From Balneolales bacterium (GTDB lineage Bacteria; Bacteroidota; Rhodothermia; Balneolales; Natronogracilivirgulaceae): a stretch of DNA of 64,000 nt. Where the stretch lies: assembly GCA_007135115.1 (NCBI GenBank), contig SLJN01000188.1, positions 46 through 64,045 of the forward strand. Reading direction: 5' to 3'. Below the pieces are notes generated by a model. The model was not told the DNA's origin and made no database searches. It worked only from the letters and a program-made list of their open reading frames with translations. Of this stretch, positions 52,901 through 59,350 are shown piece by piece (position 1 is the first letter of the stretch; each line of letters opens with the position of its first letter). The position numbers and the translations under genes were made by a program.

Positions 52901-55179
52901 AATATGAGCAAGATTATTATTGGCAGGTACGCGCTGTGAATGATGATCTGACGGGTGAGTGGTCGGATCCGAGAAGTTTTGTAACTGTACCGAAGCCGCC
53001 GGAGTCGGTTGAACTGATTGCCCCGGAGCATAAAGCTGAAGATGTGGAACTTCGTCCCGAACTCGACTGGGAACAATTACAGAGAGTTGAAGAGTATCAA
53101 CTTCAGGTAACCGAGGGAGGTGATTTTGAGGACGATCTTTTGATCGACACAACCTCCGCTGAGCTGACGAAATTTGAAATCCAAAACGAACTCGATGAAG
53201 ATCAGCTCTACAGTTGGCGAGCGCGGGGAATGAACGCCGGAGGAAAAGGCGAATGGTCTGAGCACTATGTGTTTACAACCCGTCCGGCACCCCCTGAGCC
53301 GGTGACTCTTTCCAGTCCCGCCGACTCAACCGGCAGTGTGGCTATTGCCCCGGAACTAAGTTGGGAGGAAGCCGATCGCGCGTATCAATACCGGCTTGAG
53401 GTTTCCGAAAACAGTGACTTCGAAGACACAGTGGTTGAAGAAAAGGATATTGATGGATTGGCCTATCAATCGGTAGAAGACCTTGATTCCTACGAGATTT
53501 ACTTCTGGCGGGTTCGTGCTGAAAACAGCGGCGGTAGCGGCGATTGGTCCGAAAGCAAAGTCTTTATTACCGAAGCGGAAAAACCGGATGCCCGCTTTCC
53601 AATTGCTGGTGCAGAAGATATAAGTACTGCGCCCGAGCTTAATTGGAGTTCTGTTTATTCGGAAACGGCTTTTGAAATTCGCCTTGGCGACAATGAAGAT
53701 ATGGAAGGCGTAGTTCGGGAGCTGATGAGCGATGAAGATCGAAAAGGACTCAACGGTTTAAATACCGGCACAGAGTATTACTGGCAGGTTCGTTTAAATG
53801 ATGAACTCACTTCCAGTGCATGGAGCAGTCCACAATCGTTTACAACAAGGCCGGAACGTGAGGAAGAAACAGAGGTGGATATATCCATCCATTTTGATCA
53901 GCACAATGAGGACGAAATCGCTTCTGAAGATTTTCGCTTGTTGGGTTTGCCCGGTGATTCTGAAATCGCCCTTGATGACATTATTGAAGGGGATTATGAA
54001 GATGACTGGCGTGCATTTGAAGATACCGGTGAACCGGATGATTACCTTTCCGAGTTCGACCCGTCTGAAAACCGATTATCCTTTGGCAGCGGCAGAGGTT
54101 ATTGGGTATTCAACCGTGATGGTGTGGACGTAGATAAGGTTATTGAAAAAGCAGGCCTGGATGAGCAAGACAGTTATGAAATCAGCTTGAATGATGGATG
54201 GAACATCATTGCCAATCCGTTTGTGGGACAGGTGAAATGGGGTGATATAGAGCAGTTTAATGAGATTGAAGGTACGCTCTACGCCTACGAAGAAATGTAT
54301 GAACCGGCTGAAGAGTTGAGCCCGCTTGAAGGATATTATTTCTACAATGATCCGGAACTACAACTGGATACGCTGCGAATTCCCTACGGTGAGCTGGATA
54401 GCCGGTTTGATTTAAATGAAGAGGAGCAGCAAAAAACAACCTATAGTAAGAAACAAACTTCAGAAGAGGCCGGCCGCATCAAGGTTGAAGTGGATTTTAT
54501 GGATGGAGATGGTAACCGGCAAGACCTGATCTCGAACGTAGAACTCACGTATGATGATGAAGGTCGCGGGCCGGAGCACCCTCCGCTAAAAATGGCCCGG
54601 TATGGAATGGCCTTAAAGGAAAGCGGAGAAGATGCGCAGCTTCTCCGCCGTAAAAGCACCGAGTATCAAGCTGATGCTACCGAATATGGCTTGCAATTTA
54701 AGGCTCCGGTAGGAAGTGAGGTTTCCTGGAACGTGTCGGCCTACGATATGAATGATGGTGCTCGTATTCTTCTGGTTAATCCGGTAACCCAAAACTCCCA
54801 TTTACTTGGTGACGAAGAGCAGGCTGAAGATAAAGTTACCGAACCTGAAGTTACCTATGACATGTATGTCGGTGATGAATCGACACTTCAGGAAATTGAA
54901 GATAATCTGCTTCCGGATGAAGTGACATTGAAGCAAAACTATCCGAATCCGTTTAATCCGATCACAACAATCCGCTATGCACTACCTGAAGACAGTCAGG
55001 TTCAGCTTGAGGTGTATAATGTGCTCGGCCAGCGCGTAGCTACACTTGTTGACGGGGAGCAGCAAACCGGATGGCATACCGCACAATTCGACGGGGCAAG
55101 CCTGGCAAGCGGAACATATATTTATCGCTTGATAGCCGGGGATCAGATGGAGACAGGTAAAATGATGTTGGTCAAATGA
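43906..55179 (+). CDS. Giant (3,757 aa) highly acidic T9SS-secreted surface protein / putative adhesin
   Basis: One uninterrupted ORF. It has a signal peptide (RKVLVIPVLLIFMTVTPHAVAMAQ), three GLUG-motif modules, Ig-like stretches, nine MBG-type repeats, further Ig-like domains, four FN3-like modules, an unknown domain of about 350 aa, and a C-terminal NYPNPFNPITT...GTYIYRLIAG...MMLVK Por sorting domain. The track start at 43897 is TTG. I use the ATG at 43906. Confidence 0.9.
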   Translation: MKCNNTSLDLSISLSLLSLRKVLVIPVLLIFMTVTPHAVAMAQTEIQDWHDLDEVRDDLNGEYVLVNDLDSETAGYTDVVDDSSEGFDPIADFGGEFDGENNIIEDLHIDRPDEVRVGLFASTEQDAQIRDLELKNVDVEGEERVGGLVGENRGDVSESYSTGVVEGDARVGGLVGENRGDMSESYSTGVVEGDGRVLEGDGRVGGLVGENRGEVSESYATGNVEGELVGGLVGLNNGEVSESYATGNVEGESESGGGLVGLNIADVTESYATGSVSGEEYVGGLVGENRGDLSESYAMGNVEGESESGGLVGYNRGDVSESYATGNVEGDEYVGGLVGWSNDDVSESYATGNVEGKERVGGLVGESYGDVSDSYWDDEAATITEDGEEQDGQSDGGEPLTTAEMTGDDAEDNMFEDFGDTWDTVEGDPTDGFSVFYPVLQENTQDAPAAQTLYADGDGDIDPYEIEDWYQLDNVRENPESDFVLTEDLDSEPVGYADVVDDPSEGFDPIADFDGEFDGENNTIEDLHIDRPEEDQVGLFATTEENAEIQGVYLENVDVTGGGEGSESGVGSLVGLNDGEVSESYATGDVDGDEAVGGLVGWNDAGTITEAFADGNVNGDLYVGGLAGANVNGSISESYATGDVDGGDGVGGLVGNNIDREVIESYATGDVSGDERVGGLVGANTADVIDSYWDDEAATVTVDDNEQDDQGVGDGDDSGVTGFTTDEMTSLNATEYMVGFEFPDGDGTWHANADYPALSWEETDEFYGVNVTDTNSPVQEGNTLEVTVDVTNLGADGDVQQIELVDTDFEDELRASEGVILDSGENQELTLEWQTEISNAGTGDVTVASENDSDIEEVTVEAGVEAVTASIDGEADPTVDVGKAVEVIISVTDSEDRPIEDEEVSIENIDKGGDEITIDGLSEGDTRTSDSDGEAGFGGITFSGAIGGTAMVNFSAEDGTEEELTVTVGGFAGGDGSEETPYEITDWYHLDNVREHLDANFVLSADLDEQTEGYGGDGEDGVVLDADGELRDGGNPEGDNADGFEPIGNDDDEFTGTFDGDDRTITGLQIDGDYVDDHGVGLFGNTEGSYIEHLSLEDVEIKSIRSDPDHYWRGEFAGGLAGRHDGTVEGVSVTGTVSGYEYVGGVVGVNGGELANDEPQGAIYNSSADVTVIADTKADVEDHGFRIGGLAGRSGEGSEVHNSSATGDVIGDEMKEGIVWAGGLIGEDFGNLTESYAIGNVTGGRSRVGGLVGESDGEMVLDSYATGDVTGEEQVGGLIGSNEAELVKNSYATGDVTGEDRVGGLNGRDNGDIVENSSATGTVSGESRVGGLLGQGRADVVSNSFSTGDVTGDEEVGGLVGQNDADVVKNSYATGDITGEDNVGGLIGDHRFGEDIEMSYATGDVTGESTVGGLIGILGSSDFSSSYLETSYATGNVTGDERVGGLVGESEENSDVADSYWDRGTTNQADAIGKDDGTTSGLVGFGDTDDTEPADEMQRFAPLVNMSTFDYDDTWTLSIGYPRLNWEEEDEITLDKVVADDQSAEAGEETSVTVTAKVDGSGAGEAVTVEVVDDGGLDELTEGDTKVTDSDSEVVFSFTEETADEYTPEFAWEDDHDANDASGVTINSAGPDELTIAPEKGTTTVSDDFEDDNHITFTVTIVDEWDNHVPEIDVELSDDGESIEIKDDLTTATGEDGEAEFTIQSTRQQEVVEFTFTEQESGNELEVSAEATFEFGEPDELVFVDQPEDHIYGESTTTEDGDPVTVEVLDTFGNIVEDAGDEVSLTVGTGNGSLSETVTADADEGVASFDDITVTAATEHTLKAEADHIDESESDTFTITPAALTITASDSSGTYGEEIDFNGDEFSASGLVLDDEIDEVNLTSEGAPESAEVGSYDIEISDATGADFDAENYDITYEDGELEVTPAELTVTAEEQEKNFGEELMFTGDEFEADGLQADDQIDETELTSEGTPESAEVGSYAIEISDATGADFDADNYDITYEDGELEVNPADLTITANDRDKTYGEELTFSGDEFEAEGLQADDVIDQVELISDGAPESAEVGIYAIEISEATGAGFDAGNYNITYEDGELEVNPADLTLTANDQDKTYGEELTFSGDEFEAEGLQADDEIDQVELTSDGAPESVEVGTYAIEISEATGPDFYVDNYDITYEDGELTIEEAVLTIAGRDDVEQTYEGTEWQVTAYDVIFDGFADGQDESDLTGELAYSLEEAGEAVNAGEYTFTPEGLSSDNYDIVYESGELEIIPADLMITADDQKKTYVQAIDFDGDEFEADGLQADDEIDQVDLTSDGAPETAEVGTYAIKISDATGADFDADNYDITYQDGELTVEEAVLTITGRDDIEHTYDGTEWAITTDDVSFDGFEEGEDPSDLTGELDYSLEEADEAVGAGEYTFTPEGLSSDNYDIEYESGELEITSAQLTVTADDQDKTYGEELTFAGDEFEAEGLQAGDEIDQVNLTSDGAEETAEVGTYDVQISDATEADFDADNYDITYEAGLIEVKPAELIVTVEDQETTFDGNPWESDKSHLSISGLVLDESPEEAIDEVEFDGDAEGAEEPGDYTINPVSLDAANYEVTEFNEGQLTIHPQAEIEQIELVHDTPSNRDEVAFEISFSTEVTFADEQALMVDTTGDIDGVGITEVSPGLEEELTDSYTITIETGENDGTIALEVEKSAFADERGNPLDEAQTSETYQIDKTEPVADITTDHNSPTNVSPLEFEIFFEDAMEGIEDFVMDDLSLSGVDEEADETSLSGSESEFNLTVVPASDETEVEVLLEEGAVSDAAGNALSETAQSTLEYDATPPEITSIKGFDADSREELEDPFNQQEFDVDITFDEKVQDVDTGRIEVEGAELVETEIDEDVLSLSMRIPEEEHQSRLEIVIEPQDGMAEDQAGNSYEADDDQAVFTYDGPPEVVDLLSPEDDALDKDLRPEFSWDSVNRATGYQLQIATDESFADDDLIKDADDITETSFRPDDELEYEQDYYWQVRAVNDDLTGEWSDPRSFVTVPKPPESVELIAPEHKAEDVELRPELDWEQLQRVEEYQLQVTEGGDFEDDLLIDTTSAELTKFEIQNELDEDQLYSWRARGMNAGGKGEWSEHYVFTTRPAPPEPVTLSSPADSTGSVAIAPELSWEEADRAYQYRLEVSENSDFEDTVVEEKDIDGLAYQSVEDLDSYEIYFWRVRAENSGGSGDWSESKVFITEAEKPDARFPIAGAEDISTAPELNWSSVYSETAFEIRLGDNEDMEGVVRELMSDEDRKGLNGLNTGTEYYWQVRLNDELTSSAWSSPQSFTTRPEREEETEVDISIHFDQHNEDEIASEDFRLLGLPGDSEIALDDIIEGDYEDDWRAFEDTGEPDDYLSEFDPSENRLSFGSGRGYWVFNRDGVDVDKVIEKAGLDEQDSYEISLNDGWNIIANPFVGQVKWGDIEQFNEIEGTLYAYEEMYEPAEELSPLEGYYFYNDPELQLDTLRIPYGELDSRFDLNEEEQQKTTYSKKQTSEEAGRIKVEVDFMDGDGNRQDLISNVELTYDDEGRGPEHPPLKMARYGMALKESGEDAQLLRRKSTEYQADATEYGLQFKAPVGSEVSWNVSAYDMNDGARILLVNPVTQNSHLLGDEEQAEDKVTEPEVTYDMYVGDESTLQEIEDNLLPDEVTLKQNYPNPFNPITTIRYALPEDSQVQLEVYNVLGQRVATLVDGEQQTGWHTAQFDGASLASGTYIYRLIAGDQMETGKMMLVK
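44335..45040 (+). repeat. GLUG-motif tandem repeats, module 1 (nine units of 60-80 nt)
   Basis: In-frame repeats of the (E/D)RVGGLVGENRGDVSESYATGNVEG type, with near-identical DNA between units. They generate the spurious 281-aa antisense ORF at 44130-44975. Confidence 0.85.
45600..45990 (+). repeat. GLUG-motif tandem repeats, module 2 (about six units)
   Basis: VGSLVGLNDGEVSESYATGDVDG, AVGGLVGWNDAGTITEAFADGNVNG, YVGGLAGANVNGSISESYATGDVDG and similar units. The module ends with SYWDDEAA, as module 1 does. Confidence 0.8.
47240..48270 (+). repeat. GLUG-motif tandem repeats, module 3 (about thirteen units)
   Basis: Units such as RVGGLVGESDGEMVLDSYATGDVTG, QVGGLIGSNEAELVKNSYATGDVTG and RVGGLNGRDNGDIVENSSATGTVSG. 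The module ends with DSYWDRGT. Confidence 0.8.
49420..51723 (+). repeat. Nine tandem MBG-type repeats (255-258 nt each; two alternating subtypes)
   Basis: Unit boundaries read in frame at 49423, 49678, 49933, 50188, 50443, 50701 and onward. Type A reads PA.LT.TA.D..KTYGEELTF.GDEFEAEGLQADDEIDQV.LTSDGAPE.AEVG.Y.IEISDATGADFDADNYDITYEDGELEV. Type B reads EEAVLTI.GRDD.E.TY.GTEW........FDGF..G.D.SDLTGEL.YSLEEA.EAV.AGEYTFTPEGLSSDNYDI.YESGELEI. Confidence 0.85.
52710..53860 (+). repeat. Four FN3-like modules inside the giant protein
   Basis: Each unit of about 95 aa has P....(A/S)...(R/A)PEL.W........Y.L(Q/E)(I/V)......F.....................Y.W(Q/R)VRA.N..G.G.WS....F.T. Confidence 0.7.
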
Positions 55180-57032
55180 GGTCAGGATTACTGAGAAAAA
55201 AAGCAATTCAAACAGCATTTCATATAATGAATAGAACGGGTGATATCAGACAGAAACAAAACGCAGGCCTCGTAATATTAGCGGCAATTTTGATTGGTTT
55301 ATGGGGGCCGGTAAATGGTCAGGATAGATCAGAGGTTCCCGAAAAGGTTCGGGTGAATTTGCATGAGGGGTTGGAGGCTTCCTACACCGAAGAGCTTGAG
55401 CAAACAGCCGAATATATCCTGAATGCCATCAATAGCTATTATTTGACTGGCGAGTGGGAACTACCGGCTCGGGTCGTGCATAACGAAGGAGTTGAGGAGC
55501 AACTAACCGGTTTGTTGGAAGATGATAAGTGGAAAGTCCCTGCTGAAGAAATCACTACGTTTATTCGTCGAAAAGATGAGAAGTTCAAGGTAGGGGGCTT
55601 AATTCTTGAAGCGGATACCGCAGAGACTTCCAGATACGAAGAGCTACTGCTCATATTTGATGAACAGGCCGTACTCAAAAAAGTAAGATTGCAGGAAGAT
55701 TCATTCAATATAATTCCGGTCATTGGATGGAACGAACCGGTGCCATCAGAAAAAGAAAGCCGGGTTAAAAAAGTTTTAAAGGATCTTCAGAAATTCTACA
55801 ACGATCAGGATGTTGCTGCACTGAGCGATTTGATTGGCCGGGATGCACTGGTAGTTACCGGTTATGCCTTTGAAGAAAGTGAGCGAATGTTGTATCAACA
55901 ACATGATGGCAATTCTTATTTGAGTTTTCTGGAACGGCTTATGGTTTACGATGCTGAGCTGGATGTTCAATTTGATGAAGTTGAGGTACTCGGGCATTCT
56001 CATGATGAAAATCTTTATGGGATTCGGGCTAATCAAAGTTGGCAGGCGAAAAACTACAGTGATGACGGAGCGGTATTTCTTTTGGTTGATTTAGACAGCA
56101 GCGATCAACCCGATATACGGGTACGAAGCTGGGATGTTGAGCTTAAAAAATTCATACCAGAATCCGAGACATTCAGCGAAGTTTTATTTGAAATTGAACC
56201 AAAGGTCAGCATTGAAGAACCGGAACCTGATCCGGAGCCAGAGCCAGAGACTGAACCTGAGCCTATGTATCTACAATTGGCACAAAAGCAGGTTTTTGAT
56301 CATGACTCTCAAAAGGATAAAGACATGGTCAGTGAATTCGGGGTAACAGAGGGGTCAATTCAATTCATGGTGGATGATGATAAAGCTGACCAGCTAAAAA
56401 AGTGGTTTAAATCAAATGCCTTTAGCATAGAGGGAGTCTCAACAGACCAGGAAAAAATCACTGCCGGTGAGGGGTACATCAACATTCCCTTTCATGATCA
56501 AAATGCTTCGAAAGGTACCCAGGAAACAGATGTAGTCATAGTGTTCGACGGCATGGACGATATTGAGCCATTTCAAGCGGGCGCGACTATATTTCTCCAG
56601 CGAATGAACCAATTTGAGGTTTCTTGGGCAGAAGATGAGCAAACCGAGCCCCTTGAAAAGCCGGACAAGTACGGATATCTCAAAATTCAATCAGAAGCTG
56701 ATAGCCTTAATACCATTTTGATGACCACTTCGGAGGATACATTAAGTAAACATGCTCAAACCGAGTCAATTAAAGAACATCGCCTGCTTGAAGGCTCCTA
56801 CGTGTTAGATTGGAAGCAATCCGTCAAAGATCCTCAATTAAAAGAAATTGAAATTGGAGTTAATGACACAACGAGGGTAACAGTCGAAACAAAAACAGAC
56901 CCTCGAATTACCCGAAGAGCAAAGTACATAGCAGGCGGGGCTTTGTTGGTTGTGACCGGTGCCATTCTGACACTAACCGGAGATCGAGGGGCCTCAGAGC
57001 CGGAAATACCCGAGCCGCCGCCACGCCCGTAA
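55176..57032 (+). CDS. Orphan 618-aa membrane-anchored protein, translationally coupled to the giant gene (orf618)
   Basis: Its ATG overlaps the giant gene's stop (ATGA at 55176-55179). It has an N-terminal signal or anchor (LVILAAILIGLWGPVNGQ), a central NTF2/SnoaL-like-looking segment (KDLQKFYNDQDVAALSDLIGRDALVVTGY...), an (EP)n linker (EPEPDPEPEPETEPEP), a C-terminal TM helix (YIAGGALLVVTGAILTLTG) and a Pro-rich tail. I recognise no family. An alternative start is the ATG at 55227. Confidence 0.6.
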   Translation: MRSGLLRKKAIQTAFHIMNRTGDIRQKQNAGLVILAAILIGLWGPVNGQDRSEVPEKVRVNLHEGLEASYTEELEQTAEYILNAINSYYLTGEWELPARVVHNEGVEEQLTGLLEDDKWKVPAEEITTFIRRKDEKFKVGGLILEADTAETSRYEELLLIFDEQAVLKKVRLQEDSFNIIPVIGWNEPVPSEKESRVKKVLKDLQKFYNDQDVAALSDLIGRDALVVTGYAFEESERMLYQQHDGNSYLSFLERLMVYDAELDVQFDEVEVLGHSHDENLYGIRANQSWQAKNYSDDGAVFLLVDLDSSDQPDIRVRSWDVELKKFIPESETFSEVLFEIEPKVSIEEPEPDPEPEPETEPEPMYLQLAQKQVFDHDSQKDKDMVSEFGVTEGSIQFMVDDDKADQLKKWFKSNAFSIEGVSTDQEKITAGEGYINIPFHDQNASKGTQETDVVIVFDGMDDIEPFQAGATIFLQRMNQFEVSWAEDEQTEPLEKPDKYGYLKIQSEADSLNTILMTTSEDTLSKHAQTESIKEHRLLEGSYVLDWKQSVKDPQLKEIEIGVNDTTRVTVETKTDPRITRRAKYIAGGALLVVTGAILTLTGDRGASEPEIPEPPPRP

Positions 57033-57097
57033 AATCATCGTAAAAGTCAGGGATAGCGCTTGCAAGCCGCCGTATCCCGTAAAAAGTTATTGGTGTT

Positions 57098-57862
57098 TTA
57101 TTCCTCATATATCCGATTCAACACCCCCGCCAGCCGAACTCCCGCTTGCAACAGGCGCTTTTCCACGATATCGAAGTTTTTGTTGCGGTATTCCCAGCCA
57201 ATTTCCTTGTCTTCGGGTAGATTGTAAACATCATCGCGATAAGAGACCGATTCTTCAGCCCAGCGGCGAACCGTAGCTTGTTGCCATTGTTCAACCAGTT
57301 CGGGCTCCGGCAGGTTTATGGCTTTGGTAAATTGTTCGTAGTCCATATTCCAGGATTCAATTATATCCGTGTCCCACACTCGGTGCAGGTTCGTTACTTC
57401 GCCCAAGAAGGTTACCGATACATCATTGCCGCCGCGATCATCGCCGGTTCCCACGTGCAGAGGCTGGTGAATATCTCCCACCATGTGGATGACCATTTTT
57501 AGTTTTTCCCACTCTTCTTTTTCACTTAAGTCGCCCTCTTTCAACTCGGCAATCTTACGTTCCAGGGCTTCGATTATATCACCGTTGGGGTTTTTGTGGG
57601 CATCTTCATACGTAGAATCGGTAGGTACGGTAACCCAATGCCAGTCGGCGGTATGATTATATTCATCGGTAGGGCGAACCTGATCCATCCAAACGGTTGA
57701 TTCCGGAAGGGTAGTTTCATCGAGGATAGCTGAAACCTGTTCAGAGGCAGAATCAGTGAGGTAGTATTCGGCAATTTTACCGGTGATGTAATGCCCGGTT
57801 TGGCCCCACAGTAAAACGCTATGGGCAAGAGTGGCAGCTAAAAGGGTGAGAAGTGATAACAT
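57098..57862 (-). CDS. S1/P1 family zinc-dependent nuclease, secreted
   Basis: Mature N-terminus WGQTGHYITGKIAEYYL. Also HMVGDIHQPLHVG, GGND, NLHRVWDTDII and a C-terminal AGVRLAGVLNRIY. All are classic S1/P1 nuclease blocks. Confidence 0.9.
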   Translation of the reverse strand: MLSLLTLLAATLAHSVLLWGQTGHYITGKIAEYYLTDSASEQVSAILDETTLPESTVWMDQVRPTDEYNHTADWHWVTVPTDSTYEDAHKNPNGDIIEALERKIAELKEGDLSEKEEWEKLKMVIHMVGDIHQPLHVGTGDDRGGNDVSVTFLGEVTNLHRVWDTDIIESWNMDYEQFTKAINLPEPELVEQWQQATVRRWAEESVSYRDDVYNLPEDKEIGWEYRNKNFDIVEKRLLQAGVRLAGVLNRIYEE

Positions 57863-57893
57863 TTGTTTAAGGTACAGTCCGTATTTGAGTCAA

Positions 57894-57936
57894 CCTGGCA
57901 GGTTTCAGGATAGGCTCCGAAAAGCCAGGGTTTTTT
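57894..57936 (+). terminator. Orphan plus-strand terminator-like hairpin in a divergent promoter region
   Basis: CCTGGC (57894-57899) pairs with GCCAGG (57924-57929), followed by G and six T residues. No plus-strand gene lies upstream. The next plus-strand gene starts at 58177. Confidence 0.4.
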
Positions 57937-58176
57937 GTAGCATATTGGTTGAATATGGGCAATATAGCAACTTGTTCCAAAGAATATTCGGTTAAGGTTG
58001 GATTAAATCTTTTGGGGATAACGGAGTCGAAAAAAGGTCTTCGAACCTGTATATTCAAAGTGATGGTGTAAATAACTATCGTACAAAAAGCGGATTCTCA
58101 AAAAAACTGATGTTGGTTTTCAGAATTCCTTTTTATTGATGTAATCATTTGGACTAAAATCAAAAGTAAAATAGGT

Positions 58177-59178
58177 ATGATTAATATTATTCAGGCCGGT
58201 GCAGGCCCCTTAGGTTTGCACGTAAGTAAGTTTATTATCGAACGTGAAGGATTGGAACTGGTAGGATTGGTGGATCTTAATCCGGAATTGGAAGGTAAGG
58301 ATGTCGGAGAACTTACCGGGGTCGGTAAAACCGGAGTTACCGTGTCCGGCTCTATTGATGAAGCCATCCGAAAAGCGAAAAATCAACCCTCGGTAGGAGT
58401 TTTAACGACCGTCTCATCCGTAAAGAAATTGATTCCGACGGTTGAAGAATTTGCAGCAAAGAAACTGGATCTTGTTACCACCTGCGAAGAATTGTCTTAC
58501 CCCTGGCAACAGCATCCGGAGGAAGCTGAAGAAATTGACAAAATCTGTCGCAATCACGGGGTTACTTGTGTAGGTACTGGCGTAAATCCTGGTTTTTTAA
58601 TGGATTACCTGTCATCGGTGATGCTATCGATATGCCAGGATGTAGAGCATGTTGAAGTGCAAAGAATCCAGGATGCCTCAGTTCGCAGGGTTCCATTTCA
58701 GAAGAAGATCGGGGCCGGGCTTACCCATGAGCAGTTTGAAGAAGAAAAACAGAAAGGAACTTTGCGGCACGTCGGCCTTCCAGAATCCGCGGATATGATT
58801 GCCGGTGCCATGAACCTGAAGTTTGATGAGAATAACGAAACCCTTGAAAAGGTTTTGGCCTCCGAAAAGCTGACCAGCGGATACAAAACCATTGAAAAAG
58901 GTGACCCTTGTGGCGTTGAGCAAATTACCCGGGGTATAGTTGACGGCAAAGAGCGCGTAAAGCTGCAATTCCGGGCCGCCGTTGGAGAAGGGGAGTCCTA
59001 TGACAAAATCATTGTGAAAGGAAATCCAAACTTTGAGTCGATTATACCGGGTGGAATTAATGGTGATGTAGCTACCAGTGCTATCACCGTAAATACGATT
59101 CGATCTGTCTACAAGTGCGACAGTGGATTGAAAACGATGCTGGATATTCCCGCACCGGCATGGTTTGCCAAAACCTGA
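58177..59178 (+). CDS. DapB-like NAD(P)-dependent oxidoreductase (2,4-diaminopentanoate dehydrogenase / native amine dehydrogenase family-like)
   Basis: N-terminal Rossmann IIQAGAGPLG, a central GTGVNPGFLMD motif and a size of about 330 aa. This pattern is typical of proteins often annotated as dihydrodipicolinate reductase-like. The substrate is not inferable. Confidence 0.55.
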   Translation: MINIIQAGAGPLGLHVSKFIIEREGLELVGLVDLNPELEGKDVGELTGVGKTGVTVSGSIDEAIRKAKNQPSVGVLTTVSSVKKLIPTVEEFAAKKLDLVTTCEELSYPWQQHPEEAEEIDKICRNHGVTCVGTGVNPGFLMDYLSSVMLSICQDVEHVEVQRIQDASVRRVPFQKKIGAGLTHEQFEEEKQKGTLRHVGLPESADMIAGAMNLKFDENNETLEKVLASEKLTSGYKTIEKGDPCGVEQITRGIVDGKERVKLQFRAAVGEGESYDKIIVKGNPNFESIIPGGINGDVATSAITVNTIRSVYKCDSGLKTMLDIPAPAWFAKT

Positions 59179-59200
59179 TCCATACTTATGAATAAGCTGA

Positions 59201-59233
59201 AAGCGCTTCGGGTTGTCACGGAGCGCTTTTTTT
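59201..59233 (+). terminator. Rho-independent terminator
   Basis: AAGCGCTTCG / CGGAGCGCTT stem (one G-T pair), 8-nt loop, followed by a T-run ending at 59233. Confidence 0.75.
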
Positions 59234-59350
59234 GTTAAAGGGATTTAGCCTCAAGAGGTACACTCAGAAGTAATTTGCATTGATGAGTTCATAATTAATT
59301 TATTTTAGGGCAGTAGATTACTAAAAATCCATCAACATAAAGCAGGAATT

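Noticed and set aside
41795-57032. The block as a conventional mobile element (prophage, ICE, transposon)
   Set aside because: It contains no integrase, transposase, conjugation or phage genes and no terminal inverted repeats that I could see. The only evidence for insertion is the flanking nuclease repeats and the compositional anomaly, so it is reported as an unexplained scar rather than a mobile element.
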